The notes: generated from the sequence alone by a model not told the origin. Shown: positions 38,037 to 52,630, counted from the stretch's first letter. The stretch: 64,000 nt of DNA from Antedon mediterranea (GCF_964355755.1 NC_092672.1:18427237-18491236), one strand, 5' to 3'. Numbers and translations: made by a program.

Positions 38037-39215
38037 TAGGTTAGAATGTTTGCACAGTAGTTCATCAGTTGCCTGAACTGACGTATCATCAACGACTGTA
38101 GGTGAGAATGTTTGTACAGTAGTTCATCGGTTGCCTGAACTGACGTATCATCAACGACTGTAGGTTAGAATGTTTGTACAGTAGTTCATCGGTTGCCTGA
38201 ACTGACGTATCAACAACGACTGTAGGTTAGAATGTTTGTACAGTAGTTCATCGGTTGCCTGAACTGACGTATCAACAACGACTGTAGGTTAGAATGTTTG
38301 TACAGTAGTTCATCGGTTGCCTGAACTGACGTATCATCAACGACTGTAGGTTAGAATGTTTGTACAGAAGTTCATCGGTTGCCTGAACTGACGTATCATC
38401 AACGACTGTAGGTTAGAATGTTTGTACAGTAGTTCATCGGTTGCCTGAACTGACGTATCATCAACGACTGTAGGTTAGAATGTTTGTACAGTAGTTCATC
38501 GGTTGCCTGAACTGACGTATCAACAACGACTGTAGGTTAGAATGTTTGTACAGTAGTTCATCGGTTGCCTGAACTGACGTATCATCAACGACTGTAGGTT
38601 AGAATGTTTGTACAGTAGTTCATCGGTTGCCTGAACTGACGTATCATCAACGACTGTAGGTTAGAATGTTTGTACAGTAGTTCATCGGTTGCCTGAACTG
38701 ACGTATCAACAACGACTGTAGGTTAGAATGTTTGTACAGAAGTTCATCGGTTGCCTGAACTGACGTATCATCAACGACTGTAGGTTAGAATGTTTGTACA
38801 GTAGTTCATCGGTTGCCTGAACTGACGTATCAACAACGACTGTAGGTTAGAATGTTTGTACAGTAGTTCATCGGTTGCCTGAACTGACGTATCAACAACG
38901 ACTGTAGGTTAGAATGTTTGTACAGTAGTTCATCGGTTGCCTGAACTGACGTATCAACAACGACTGTAGGTTAGAATGTTTGTACAGTAGTTCATCGGTT
39001 GCCTGAACTGACGTATCAACAACGACTGTAGGTTAGAATGTTTGTACAGTAGTTCATCGGTTGCCTGAACTGACGTATCATCAACGACTGTAGGTTAGAA
39101 TGTTTGTACAGTAGTTCATCGGTTGCCTGAACTGACGTATCATCACTGACTGTAGGTTAGAATGTTTGTACAGTAGTTCATCGGTTGCCTGAACTGACGT
39201 ATGATCAACGACTGT
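38037..39215. repeat. 62-bp satellite, ~19 units
   Basis: TAGGTTAGAATGTTTGTACAGTAGTTCATCGGTTGCCTGAACTGACGTATCAWCAACGACTG; dyad AGTTCA-N9-TGAACT. Confidence 0.97.
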
Positions 39216-39553
39216 AGAGACCAATTCTTTAATTGAAGTCAGTTGATTTTTGATATATGATACAAGAAATATAGGCGAGCTGTGATTTATTATGCCCACT
39301 GTCCTCCCTGCAATTGTCGGTTGTCACACACGGTCCTTGTAAATATACTTTAAAAATCTAAATTGTTATTTTAGGTAACACTCAGTGACCTTAGAGGGTA
39401 GATTACGTTAAAATGGTCATTCAGTTTATTTTTCGCGCATATTTCTATTCATTTAATTTTATTCCGTCAAACCAAACTGGTACTCAGGGTATACATTCTT
39501 GCAGTTTTTTAAACATTTATACTATACCGTGCTGTAATTAGCTAATAGTTACA

Positions 39554-41478
39554 ATGTCAGAATCAGATACAATAAGAAGGGCATCTGCTGTTTTGGCAGA
39601 ATTTCGTGCATCTCAAGAAAATGCAGAAATAGTCGAAAAGGTTGGCCGTTTATTCAGAGGCAGAAGAAACTCCACTAGAAGGGCTAGAACAAGACCACAT
39701 GGTAAATGGACATTTCAAGATCATTTTGCTTTATATACCAATAAATGTGTATAGCCTATAGGCTATTTGTTGCGATTTATTTCAATTTAGGCCTAGTGCT
39801 AAAACTTTGTCCATCCCCTATTGTTTTACCGCCACTGTTGTTTGTTTTGTTGTAGGTAGGGGGCCACTTCCAAAGAAGAAGTGGAAGTCGACGATATTTC
39901 TCCTGGGTAATTCGAATACGGTAGTTCTTTTTTACCACCACAAAGGGAGTTAGAGCTATTGAATAGAAATGGACTTGGTATGTATTTTTGGTTTAACGTA
40001 ATTAATATGCGAGAAATTTAGTAGGCTGATTGTCCGTGTAGCCCATAACCTTTCCACTGTTATTTTTACCGGACATGATACGGCAAAACAGTCCATGGAA
40101 TTGGAAAACATTAACATTTAACATTGCTTGAAAAGTCTCTTGAAATAATACAGTTCTAGATTTTGGTAAGGTATTTCCGATATGATAGTGTCCTCGATTG
40201 TTACGGTAAGGGTTTTTATTATGTTAAGTTACTCGTGATAATTCAATATTACCACTTTATACTAAAAGGTGTTCTTGCAGTTGCAAGACCAGGTACTGAT
40301 GACCTGGGAGACAAGTTAACCAACATAGATTTAACCTTGAATATAGCTGAGTTGGAGGATTTCATATATTCGCTTTACCCTAATGTTGGCCTTGCGAGGA
40401 TCGGGTTCACGTTTTGCCGGGCAACACAAGGCAGAGCACTTGTAGAGTCACCAGAAACCATCGAATCAGCGACAGACTTGAAAAAATTCATCAGGAAGGG
40501 TAAAATCTATATTTTGCCTAAACGAGATTTGATTCGACGGGTAATTACACGCAACACTTTATTTACAATACTAGGCCTACAGTATATTGTGCATAATTCT
40601 ATTTATATGACATTTCTATAACATTAATGAATGGCGTTGGTTGCATTTTTGTTACAGGCTGGACAACCGCATTCAAATATAAACGTAAGTAGGCCTGTAC
40701 ATACTGTCTCTTATGGTACTGATTAATAAAATTACTTGTAGTGTAATATTAACATTTGTATAACTTAAATCTTTTAGCTTAATCTTGAATTAACTGATCC
40801 AGCGCCTGTTAGAGAGGAGGTAAGCTATCACGTCATTACAATTATTACTTTGATACAATACTTGGATATAATATATGTCATTGTTTTATCTACAATAAAG
40901 TCATATAATCTATATAGTATCAATACAATTTTCAATTACAGATTCTTTAAATACCTGAATCGGCGTCTAGAGAACAAGTGAGTTAATCGTTGTTCAGCAG
41001 TCAATTAAAATAGATAATTATCTTCTCCCATAGAATCAGGATTTTAAAAACTGAACTAATAAGTTTGGCCGTAAATAGACTGACGGCTAGAGGAGATTAC
41101 AAATAGGCCTAATACCAATACCAACAATTTTATCCAAAATCAACAAAATAAACATGAACATTACATGTGTACCCACTTTGTTCGGTATTAGTTTATGACT
41201 CTGTTAAACAAAATAATATACTTTTCTTCTGTTCCAGGTTGGTGTTGCAATATCATTGCCAGTACATGTGCAAGGTGAGTTTTCTCAACCAAAGATAGCA
41301 TAGCCCTACATTATGTACATAAATTAAGTTTAAGGTTTATTTTAAATGTTGGTATCGACAACGTTACTGTAGATACTATACCGTTTCAGTTATTATTTTG
41401 TATTTAATTTGTTTAATTACTTTTGGTATTACCAGAATGAACCAGGGCCGTCGGGTATAGAGGCAGTGCAACTTGAAG
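39554..41478 (+). pseudogene. 5' part of a paralogous G2E3-like gene (N-terminal domain plus micro-exons)
   Basis: Exons 39554-39701, ~39857-39978 (KKWKSTIFLL..LNRNGL), ~40270-40539 (homologous to 21376-21647), micro-exons at ~40658, 40778, 40942 (stop), 41239, 41435 with GT-AG. Confidence 0.7.
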
Positions 41479-42839
41479 TAAGTTTACCTAAATACATTGT
41501 TTTATTTTTTTCCTTCAATTATTATTATATTTCTTTTCTGCAACTCCGAAGACTATTTTTTGTTTAATTACTTACCCTTTGGAAAAAACGACGAACACGT
41601 TAGTACATGTTTAGAGTACTAACGATCATAAACTATCATATTCGAGTCTGTTTTGATCGTTTATCCTGATTAAAAAACGATCACAGACTTTACACCCTCT
41701 AACCACCGCGGTAATTGGTTTAACGAACCTTTCATAATTGGCATTAATCCAATTAATTTCCACGCCATACATAAACAATAGAGTATCAGAAAAGAGGAGG
41801 AGCTAAACTGAAAGGCGATCTCTGGTGGTGGTGCATGTGGTGTGTGATCGCGTTCCGTTTTGTGTGATCGCGTTCGAAATTAAACTGCAGTTTTTTCTTC
41901 AATCGTTGCGGAAAACATAGGCCTCGCAGGCGAACGGCTATCCCGCGGCCGGCTGCAGTTAGATCGGCCAACTTACAGTGAATAGACCTTTATTTTACTA
42001 TGAATATAGTTTAGGTTGCAATAATAAATATACCAATACATTACTTCCTATAGATGTATATTCTATAACTCGATATTAATTATTATTTAATGCGGCGCGT
42101 CGAGAGTGAAAATTAAAGTCGGTAAAGCCTACTGTGTGTACCGGCTAGGCTATGCCTAGCCTACATATATTTTAAAAAGTATCGCCATTTGCTTCCATAT
42201 AAGATTGATTTTATAATTAAAAGTAATACTATATGTATGTATTCTGATATACTGTATAATCATAGAAATATAATACAGTGTCGTTAAATCTCGGTGGGGT
42301 ACTGGAGTCGCGCGCACACAACCAACCAGTACTAGTATTGGATCGCCGATTGCAGGATTTGTTTTTATTATTGAAGCACGGAGCGACCTCTCTCGCCAGA
42401 ACGACGAGTTCAGAAGGAGAGCCTAGCCTACATTCCAATTACTGTAATCACATTTTTAGTATTGACATTTTCCATTCACAATACAAAAATGTAAATTGTT
42501 CTGGTTTTTAAATAATTATGAATGTTATAACAATCGAATAGGATAAGGCCAAGTTAATAATTCGTGATTTTCTATGAATGAAGCGCAAAAAAATTGATTA
42601 AAATTGAGATCGACAATTTTCTTTATAAATAACTGGAATTTTATCCAAAGGGGATGGTAATTTCCGGTTCAAAATATTTCTTTTGTAGATTTACGTATAA
42701 AGCATGAACGATGTATTATGTATAATTTTTCATAAAATTAGTGGCGGCACAACTTGTTCTGTGGGCCCAACCGGTCATAGCATGAAAAGAAGACCACCAA
42801 CGTGCGCTTAGTAGAGCCTACTGGTACCAGAATATTACC

Positions 42840-44345
42840 GGTATACCTAGAATATAATCGTATTAGGCCAGTATAAACGACCAACGCACACTACACCATT
42901 ACTAGAATATTATATTTACGATATTAGGCCAGTTTAAACGACCAATAACAAGCTCTACTACGAGTACTAGAATGTTATAACTACGATATTAGGTCAGTTT
43001 AAACGACCAATAACAAGCTCTACTGCGAGTACTAGAATATTATATCTACGATATTAGGTCAGTTTAAACGACCAATAACAAGCTCTACTACGAGTACTAG
43101 AATGTTATAACTACGATATTAGGTCAGTTTAAACGACCAATAACAAGCTCCGCTACCAGTACTAGAATATTATATCTACGATAGACCAGTTTAAACAACC
43201 AATACAAGCTCTACTGCGAGTACTAGAATATTATATCTACGATATTAGGTCAGTTTAAACGACCAATAACAAGCTCTACTACGAGTACTAGAATATTATA
43301 TCTACGATATTAGGTCAGTTCAAACGACCAATAACAAGCTCTACTACGAGTACTAGAATATTATATCTACGATATTAGGTCAGTTTAAACGACCAATACA
43401 AGCTCTACTGCGAGTACTAGAATATTATATCTACGATAGACCAGTTTAAACTACCAATAACAAGCTCTACTGCGAGTACTAGAATATTATATCTACGATA
43501 TTAGGTCAGTTTAAACGACCAATAACAAGCTCTACTGCGAGTACTAGAATATTATATCTACGATATTAGGTCAGTTTAAACGACCAATAACAAGCTCTAC
43601 TACGAGTACTAGAATATTATATCTACGATATTAGGTCAGTTTAAACGACCAATAACAAGCTCTACTACGAGTACTAGAATATTATATCTACGATATTAGG
43701 TCAGTTTAAACGACCAATAACAAGCTCTACTGCGAGTACTAGAATATTATATCTACGATATTAGGTCAGTTTAAACGACCAATACAAGCTCTACTACGAG
43801 TACTAGAATATTATATCTACGATATTATGTCAGTTTAAACGACCAATAACAAGCTCTACTGCGAGTACTAGAATATTATATCTACGATATTATGTCAGTT
43901 TAAACGACCAATAACAAGCTCTACTGCGAGTACTAGAATATTATATCTACGATATTAGGTCAGTTTAAACGACCAATAACAAGCTCTACTAAGAGTACTA
44001 GAATGTTATAACTACGATATTAGGTCAGTTCAAACGACCAATAACAAGCTCTACTACGAGTACTAGAATATATTATATCTACGATATTAGGTCAGTTCAA
44101 ACGACCAATAACAAGCTCTACTACGAGTACTAGAATGTTATAACTACGATATTAATATTAGGTCAGTTCAAATGACCAATAACAAGCTCTACTACGAGTA
44201 CTAGAATATATTATATCTACGATATTAGGTCAGTTCAAACGACCAATAACAAGCTCCACTAGTACCAGTACTAGAATATTATATCCACGATATGGAATAT
44301 ATATTAGGTCAGTTTAAACGACCAATAACAAGCTCTACTACCAGT
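42840..44345. repeat. 65-bp satellite, ~23 units
   Basis: TACTAGAATATTATATCTACGATATTAGGTCAGTTTAAACGACCAATAACAAGCTCTACTRCGAG; dyad GGTC-A-GTTTAAAC-GACC. Confidence 0.96.
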
Positions 44346-44754
44346 AGTTCCAACAATAATTTTATAAGGAATACTAGTTTTTGTAACAAAATATTGAGCG
44401 ATCGCAGTGGCGGATCCAGGGGTGACAAAAGGGGCATTTCGCATCTAGAGCAGTTAGGCCTATATGATAACAAGTTTCAGCATCAGAGACGATTTCGCGA
44501 CCTATTAATTTTTTTTTTTGCGACCCAGAAAATAGGCCGCGACCCATAGGTTGTGGAACGAGGGTATAAACCCTATAAAAAATGGTTAAGTAAATGATAA
44601 TCGATTAAACGTATGCAACGAAGCTAACTCTAATGCACAACGTTCTATTCACTAATTTAAATACTGTACTTTTGAATGGCTTTTCAACAAGCATTATTCA
44701 CTTAAATTTGATTTGGTTTTTTTCTAATTACGAATGACGGTACGTTTATTGTAA

Positions 44755-45040
44755 ATACATAATATAAAAATAACGCTTAAAAAAGAACGACGTTTCGACT
44801 CCATCATGGGGTCATTATCAAGTCCAATGAATAAAATATAAAACAACAACTAATTAAATAGCACAAGCCAAGGGTCAAAGTTTAAATAACAAAATACTTA
44901 GTTTTTTCTTAGCTTTTTTACAGAGTCACTTTGTTTATTCAGACTAGGTTTTAATTGTCTGATATACAACATTTCATAGATAAGACAGTCAAATTTGTTT
45001 TTGCATTTCCTAAGTATACTAAAACATGAATTAATTTTAC
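44755..45040 (-). mobile_element. Penelope-like 3' remnant (GIY-YIG tail plus pseudo-LTR)
   Basis: Minus strand FSILRKCKNKFDCLIYEMLYIRQLKPSLNKQSDS followed by a hammerhead-like motif. Confidence 0.78.
44785..44825 (-). ncRNA. Minimal type I hammerhead ribozyme, U3:A8 variant
   Basis: GGAC-UUGAUAA-U-GAC C CCAU G AUGG A GUC-GAAAC-GUC-GUUC. Confidence 0.6.
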
Positions 45041-46055
45041 TTGTGTTAATAATACAGTACCATGGTTATTAGGTAACGGATAAAAAAAAAACCTTGCGTT
45101 ATGTGTTCTTTTCATTTTTATCTGGTTAAATCACCTAATCCGATGGAACTTCCGCGTTCCGTCACCGTTTGGAGTAGGTACAAACATAGAGATATTAATA
45201 ATATCTCTGGTACAAACCAGTACAAAACATTCTATAAATTTTGTATTTAATTGAATATAATTTATTCGTTTTAACGACTAATACAAGAAACTTCGACCTA
45301 TACAATTACAATATAAGATAATAAAAAATACAAAATAGTTTATACAAGACTATGAATAACAAAAACGACAAAGCCACCGTTTGATTCTAAAACATCGATG
45401 CAAAAGATTAAATACCCTATTCACTTTTCAACGATCGACGCAACGTGACATGACAAAATTTAATAGCATCGAAAAGTTGCATAAACATTTGACATTTATT
45501 TCTTTAAATCTTTAAATCCTTTTACATTTTTTAGAGTTTCATTTTACATTTTATATTTATACTTTATAGAATGTTAACCTTTAGGTCTAATGTTTTTATG
45601 TTGTTTGTTTGTCACAAAATCGACTGAGCAGCAAAACATTTTTTTCTGAACAGATACATACGATAGGCCAAGCATTGTAAAAAATGTATTAAGTTGTGGC
45701 TGATAAAGAAGTTATATAATATAAACAATCAAAGGCTGGGAAAATTACCCATAACGAAATAACTAAGTAGATTTAGATAGTCTTTAATAGAAATAGCTCT
45801 ATCCTTAGTAGGCTTAATAGGCCGTTAGTAGTTTTTTTCTCTTGGCTACTAAGGATTTTATCATGATTTCTTCGACTACTTTCTGACTACATAAAATAGA
45901 TAGGTGACATAATAGGTACTACCTATTAAAAGTACACAGTAAGTAGTTGTATCATAGTTGATGTAGTACTATTTAAAGTAGGCCTTTAAGCTACACCATT
46001 GTTAGTAGTTTTTAATAGATATTTTTCACCTTAAGAGTTTTTATGTAGACAGGGA

Positions 46056-48630
46056 GTAGTCTCCATCTATCTATATATAATAGATATTTAGTAGGTATGA
46101 AAAAAAAGTTAAATGTATTTTGTTAATAGGTTATAGATAGCTGTTGTCTATCTATTATAAGTAGACAGTTGATAGATAATACAAAACTGTATTACTCATA
46201 GATTTCTAATAGACTTATAGTAGTCTCCATCTATCTATATATAATAGATATTTAGTAGGTATGGAATATAAGTTAACCGTAGTTTGTTAATAGGTTATAG
46301 ATAGCTGTTGTCTATCTATTATAAGTAGACAGTTGATAGATAATACAAAACTGTGTTACTCATAGATTTCTAATAGACTTGTAGTAGTCTCCATCTATCT
46401 ATATTTAATAGATATTTAGTAGGTATGGAATACAAGTTAAACGTAGTTTGTTAATAGGTTATAGATATCTGTTGTCTATCTATTATAAGTAGACAGTTGA
46501 TAGATAATACAAAACTGTGTTACTCATAGATTTCTAATAGACTTACAGTAGCCTCCATCTATCTATATATAATAGATATTTAGTAGGTATGGAATAGAAG
46601 TTAAACGTAGTTTGTTAATAGGTTATAGATAGCTGTTGTCTATCTATTATAAGTAGACAGTTGATAGATAATACAAAACTGTGTTACTCATAGATTTATA
46701 ATAGACTTATAGTAGTCTCCATCTATCTATATATAATAGATATTTAGTAGGTATGGAATATAAGTTAAATGTAGTTTGTTAATAGGTTATAGATAGCTGT
46801 TGTCTATCTATTATAAATAGACAGTTGATAGATAATACAAAACTGTGTTACTCATAGATTTATAATAGACTTATAGTAGTCTCCATCTATCTATATATAA
46901 TAGATATTTAGTAGGTATGGAATATAAGTTAAATGTAGTTTGTTAATAGGTTATAGATATCTGTTGTCTATCTATTATAAATAGACAGTTGATAGATAAT
47001 ACAAAACTGTGTTACTCATAGATTTCTAATAGACTTGTAGTAGTCTCCATCTATCTATATATAATAGATATTTAGTAGGTATGGAATATAAGTTAAATGT
47101 AGTTTGTTAATAGGTTATAGATATCTGTTGTCTATCTATTATAAGTAGACAGTTGATAGATAATACAAAACTGTGTTACTCATAGATTTCTAATAGACTT
47201 GTAGTAGTATCCATCTATCTATATATAATAGATATTTAGTAGGTATGGAATATAAGTTAAATGTAGTTTGTTAATAGGTTATAGATATCTGTTGTCTATC
47301 TATTATAAGTAGACAGTTGATAGATAATACAAAACTGTGTTACTCATAGATTTATAATAGACTTGTAGTAGTCTCCATCTATCTATATATAATAGATATT
47401 TAGTAGGTATGGAATATAAGTTAAATGTAGTTTGTTAATAGGTTATATATAGCTGTTGTCTATCTATTATAAATAGACAGTTGATAGATAATACAAAACT
47501 GTGTTACTCATAGATTTCTAATAGACTTGTAGTAGTCTCCATCTATCTATATATAATAGATATTTAGTAGGTATGGAATATATGTTAAATGTAGTTTGTT
47601 AATAGGTTATAGATAGCTGTTGTCTATCTATTATAAATAGACAGTTGATAAATAATACAAAACTGTGTTACTCATAGATTTCTAATAGATTTGTAGTAGT
47701 CTCCATCTATCTATATATAATAGATATTTAGTAGGTATGGAAGGAAAGTTAAATGTAGTTTGTTAATAGGTTATAGATAGCTGTTGTCTATCTATTATAA
47801 ATAGACAGTTGATAGATAATACAAAACTGTGTTACTCATAGATTTCTAATAGACTTGTAGTAGTCTCCATCTATCTATATATAATAGATATTTAGTAGGT
47901 ATGGAATATATGTTAAATGTAGTTTGTTAATAGGTTATAGATAGCTGTTGTCTATCTGTTATAAGTAGACAGTTGATAGATAATACAAAACTGTGTTACT
48001 CATAGATTTCTAATAGACTTGTAGTAGTCTCCATCTATCTATATATAATAGATATTTAGTAGGTATGGAATATATGTTAAATGTAGTTTGTTAATAGGTT
48101 ATAGATAGCTGTTGTCTATCTGTTATAAGTAGACAGTTGATAGATAATACAAAACTGTGTTACTCATAGATTTCTAATAGACTTGTAGCAGTCTCCATCT
48201 ATCTATATATAATAGATATTTAGTAGGTATGGAAGGAAAGTTAAATGTAGTTTGTTAATAGGTTATAGATAGCTGTTGTCTATCTATTATAAATAGACAG
48301 TTGATAGATAATACAAAACTGTGTTACTCATAGATTTCTAATAGACTTGTAGTAGTCTCCATCTATCTATATATAATAGATATTTAGTAGGTATGGAATA
48401 TATGTTAAACGTAGTTTGTTAATAGGTTATAGATAGCTGTTGTCTATCTATTATAAGTAGACAGTTGATAGATAATACAAAACTGTGTTACTCATAGATT
48501 TCTAATAGACTTGTAGTAGCCTCCATCTATCTATATATAATAGATATTTAGTAGGTATGGAATATAAGTTAAATGTAAAATGTAAAATGTAGTTTGTTAA
48601 TAGATTATAGATAGCCGTTGTCTATATATT
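46056..48630. repeat. 164-bp satellite, ~15.5 units
   Basis: CTCCATCTATC recurs at 46061, 46225, 46389...; two related hairpins per unit. Confidence 0.97.
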
Positions 48631-49534
48631 AGTGCGTGTGTATAACAATTGTTACACCCAAATTCCCGCTTCTTTTTTTTTGCAGCAGCAGCAGGCACGA
48701 TGCAGATGATCAGAGAAAAAAGGAGCATTCGCTTGTTGTAGGCCTTTTCGATCAGACCATGAATGTTTATTTATACACAATGTCAGTTTAGTGGTAAGTG
48801 AATCAATCCATATCTTTACATTTTATTTGTTAAAGTTAAAGTGTTCCTTTTTGATAGGCTAGAAGCTAGGCTAGTAGGCCTCTAGTAGGCTCTATAACCT
48901 AGCCAGGCCTGTATTAGTTAGTAGGCCTAGGCTAGGCTAGGCTACTAAGCTAGGTAGGCCCTAGCCTAGGCCTAGTCTTTTTTAAATTGCACTAGGCATT
49001 TTTCATTCAAGTTATAATTATAATAGCCTAGCCTAGGCCTAATATACTTTATAGCCTAGGCTTATAGGCCTACTACTAGTTAGCCTAGGCCCTACATTGC
49101 CTGTTTGTTGTTCAAAAAACATTTATTTATTCAACAATGGCATTATACAGTATAATATAATTATAGGTGTGTACATAAATGAAAACATAGTAATAAGCCA
49201 CAAGTTGTAGGCCTACTTCCCAGGGTTCAATTATAAAATAGATTTTTTAGTTTATAATATTAATACTAAATAGTTATATACTGGGCTGCCTAGGCCTATT
49301 ATCAGTTTGTTAATAGGCCTAAGCCTAGTCTATTAATAGGTTATTATTATACATAATTTTAAACACAGTAGGTTTCATTTATTACCATAAATATAATTTA
49401 ATACTACCGCAAAACATAGATAAACTCACATTATTTTCGCCCGTTGAGTAAATGTATATTTTTACTTTACAACAAACAAACTTGACGGGTTGTTTGTTGG
49501 TATATATTTACTCCATTGTGTTGGTTCAGAGGAT

Positions 49535-50200
49535 GTTTTTCTTACGCACCTGCCTTTCTTGTATTTTGACTCCAAATTTGTTGACTAACTTTATCCTGAA
49601 CACCACACTTTAAAATTAGGACTTTCAGAAGGAGAAACACATAATAACAAATAAATAAATCCTTTAAATTGATGATTTTACAGATGTGTTTCTTTGTATA
49701 CTGTAATGTAACTCCTCGAGCTCCCCATGCTCAATGTTTTTGCTTCTATGGAGCGCCAAAAGAGCAACAATAATAGTACAAGTATAAAAACAGAAAGAAA
49801 ACGAAACAAAAAAACTTATCATGATTTTTAAATTAAAATTTATTTGCCAGTATTTATTTCTTCGTACTTGCATGAGTATACTATTATCATTACAATTTTA
49901 ATTTTATATTGTTCCATCCACACTGTAGATGGACTCCACAGAGTTTTCAGCCCTCTATATAATTTTTGCTCTTTTGACGTTCCATAGAAACAAAAACATT
50001 GAACATGGCCCATGGGGTAGGCCTACTGTACTGTAGGCTAGTCATTTTGTGTGCGAGAAAAACGTCTGTAAAATCATCAATTTAAAAATGTATTTGTTAC
50101 TTTTTATGTGATTCTTTTTCATGAAAGTGCCAATTCTAAGGTGTGGTATTCAGAATAAATGTTGGGAGTTAAAATACAAGGCAGGTGCGAAAGATAAATA
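49535..50200. mobile_element. Nested MITE with ~150-bp imperfect TIRs
   Basis: CGCACCTGCCTT..TAAATTGATGATTTTACAGA vs TCTGTAAAATCATCAATTTA..AAGGCAGGTGCG. Confidence 0.7.
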
Positions 50201-50749
50201 TTTGTAATCTAGGTGTTGGGTCTTAGCTTTCGTGATCTTAGGTCTTAGGGGGTCTTAGCTTTCGTGGTCTTAGGTTTTGTGACACCCATTGTAAGTATGC
50301 AGTTGATAGATATTACAACTGTGATATTAATAATAGATTTCTAATGCAGTATCTAGGCCTAGAGGCCTAGGTCATCTAGCTATATCTACTGTATCTATTT
50401 GTAATAATTCTTAGTAGGCCTAAGTATATAAAATAAATAGTTTATTAATAGTTACTGGCTATTATCAGTTTGTTTATAGTCTGTTAATAGGTTACTGGTA
50501 GGTAGCCCTTGTATAGCAAAATTCAAATGGCATATTCAACAAAAAAATGTTTAAACAATTATTTTTTCAGAGAGACGATCTTTAACCTATACTAGTACAA
50601 ATTTGATGGTCAAGTGCAAAGATGATTAATTTATGGTGAAGTGTGCTTTTGCGTAATTAATTTTTCATGTCAATAGTGACAATATTTGGTGCATTTCTTA
50701 TTGTCTGGTCTAATTCCATTCAGGAATTGTTTTGAATTTTGAAGTTTAA

Positions 50750-51330
50750 ATAAAATGTATACTGTATATTTGGATACTGTGTCTTGTTTCATTTGATAAG
50801 TCTAAATTGTTACAAAAGTGATGAGTGTTGCTCTGTTGCTCGGTATTCTTCCTGTCACATGTCCAACTGAGTTCAAACATGTGCAATGTTATGGTTAAGA
50901 TATTAAGGTTTACAAATACTGTACTATCTTAATTTTTTGTTAAATAAATTTATAAAATGTATACTGTATATTTGGTTACTAATGTCTTGTTTCACTTAAT
51001 AAGTCTAAATTGTTACAAAAGTAACTGTTGTTGTTGTTTGGTATTCTTCCTTTTACATGTCCAGCTGAGTTAAAACATGTGCAATGTTATGGTTAAGATA
51101 TTAAGGTTTACAAATAATGTACTATCTTAATTTTTTGTTAAATAAATTTATAAAATGTATACTGTATATTTGGTTACTAATGTCTTGTTTCACTTAATAA
51201 GTCTAAATTGTTACAAAAGTAACTGTTGTTGTTTGGTATTCTTCCTTTTACATGTCCAACTGAGTTAAAATATGTGCTTAAAGTTTTCGGACTCGCATAT
51301 GTATGGACAAGATTAAGGTTTACAAATACG
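50750..51330. repeat. ~200-bp tandem triplication
   Basis: AAAATGTATACTGTATATTTGG at ~50752, ~50955, ~51152. Confidence 0.85.
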
Positions 51331-51469
51331 GGAAAAAAATTAATTTGTTATTTTTTTAATCGTTATACATTTGTTATTTGCCAATAAGATGAATTATTGT
51401 TCTGTATCTGTATTTTAGCCAGAAAAGATTAGATTTTTAATTTCTGTAGATTTTAAGTATCTAAATTAA

Positions 51470-52630
51470 CAGTAGTTAATTTATGTATATTTTTAATAGC
51501 CAATTTATATGTAGATTTTTAATAGCCCAATAATATCTATATGTAGATTGTTAATAGCCCAATAATAGTTATATGTAGATTTTTAATAGTCCAATAATAT
51601 CTATATGTAGATTGTTAATAGCCCAATAATAGTTATATGTAGATTTTTAATAGCCAATTATTTAGTAGATTTTTAATAGCCAAATAATGTAGATATTTAA
51701 TAGCCCAATAATAGCCAATTTATGTAGATTTTGAATAGCCAAATAATGTAGATTTTTAATATCCCAATAGTCGCCAATTTATGTAGATTTTTAATAGTCC
51801 AATAATAGCCAAATAATGTAGATTTTTAATAGCCCAATAATAGCCAAATAATGTAGATTTTTAATAGCCCAATAATAGCCAAATAATGTAGATTTTTAGT
51901 AGACAAATAATAGCCATTTTTAAGTAGATTTTTAACAGCCCAATAATAGCCAAATAATGTAGATTTTTAATAGCCCAATAATAGCCATTTTTAAGTAGAT
52001 TTTTAATAGACCAATAATAGCCAAATAATGTAGATTTTTAGTAGACAAATAATAGCCATTTTTAAGTAGATTTTTAATAGACCAATAATATCCAAATAAT
52101 GTAGATTTTTAGTAGACAAATAATAGCCATTTTTATGTAGATTTTTAATAGCCCAATAATAGCCAAATAATGTAGATTTTTAGTAGACAAATAATAGCCA
52201 TTTTTATGTAGATTTTTAATAGCCCAATAATAGTCAAATAATGTAGATTTTTAGTAGACAAATAATAGCCATTTTTATATAGATTTTTAATAGCCCAATA
52301 ATAGCCAAATAATGTAGATTTTTAGTAGACAAATAATAGCCATTTTTAAGTAGATTTTTAATAGCCCAATAATAGGCAAATAATGTAGATTTTTAGTAGC
52401 TGAATAATAGCCAATTATTTAGTAGATTTTTAATAGTATATTAATAGCCAAATAATGTAGATTTTAAGTAGACAAATTATAGCCATTTTATGTAGATTTT
52501 TAATTGCCAAATAATAGCCAATTTATACAGATTTTTAATAGCCCAATAATAGTCATTTAATTAGTAGATTTTTAATAGCCCATAAATAGCAAATTAATGT
52601 AGATTTTTAAAAGCCAAATAATAGCCAATT
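51470..52630. repeat. ~26-36-bp degenerate array (GTAGATTTTTARTAG..CAATAATAGCC)n
   Basis: Directly visible; shares the TAGATTTYTAATAG core with the 164-bp unit. Confidence 0.9.

Noticed and set aside
38037-39215. CRISPR-like appearance of regular arrays (also 42840-44345, 6471-7870)
   Set aside because: Units are head-to-tail with no unique spacers, no cas genes, eukaryotic context
41780-42510. CpG-richer block with short ORFs
   Set aside because: No recognisable protein motif or boundaries; left unassigned
41695-44564. CCCTCTAACCA ... TGGAACGAGGG as termini around the 65-bp array
   Set aside because: Weak match, no TSD, and the right side looks like a hAT MITE end
48850-49100. Dense TAGGCCTA/CTAG palindromes
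   Set aside because: Low-complexity motif scattered across the whole window; no discrete structure
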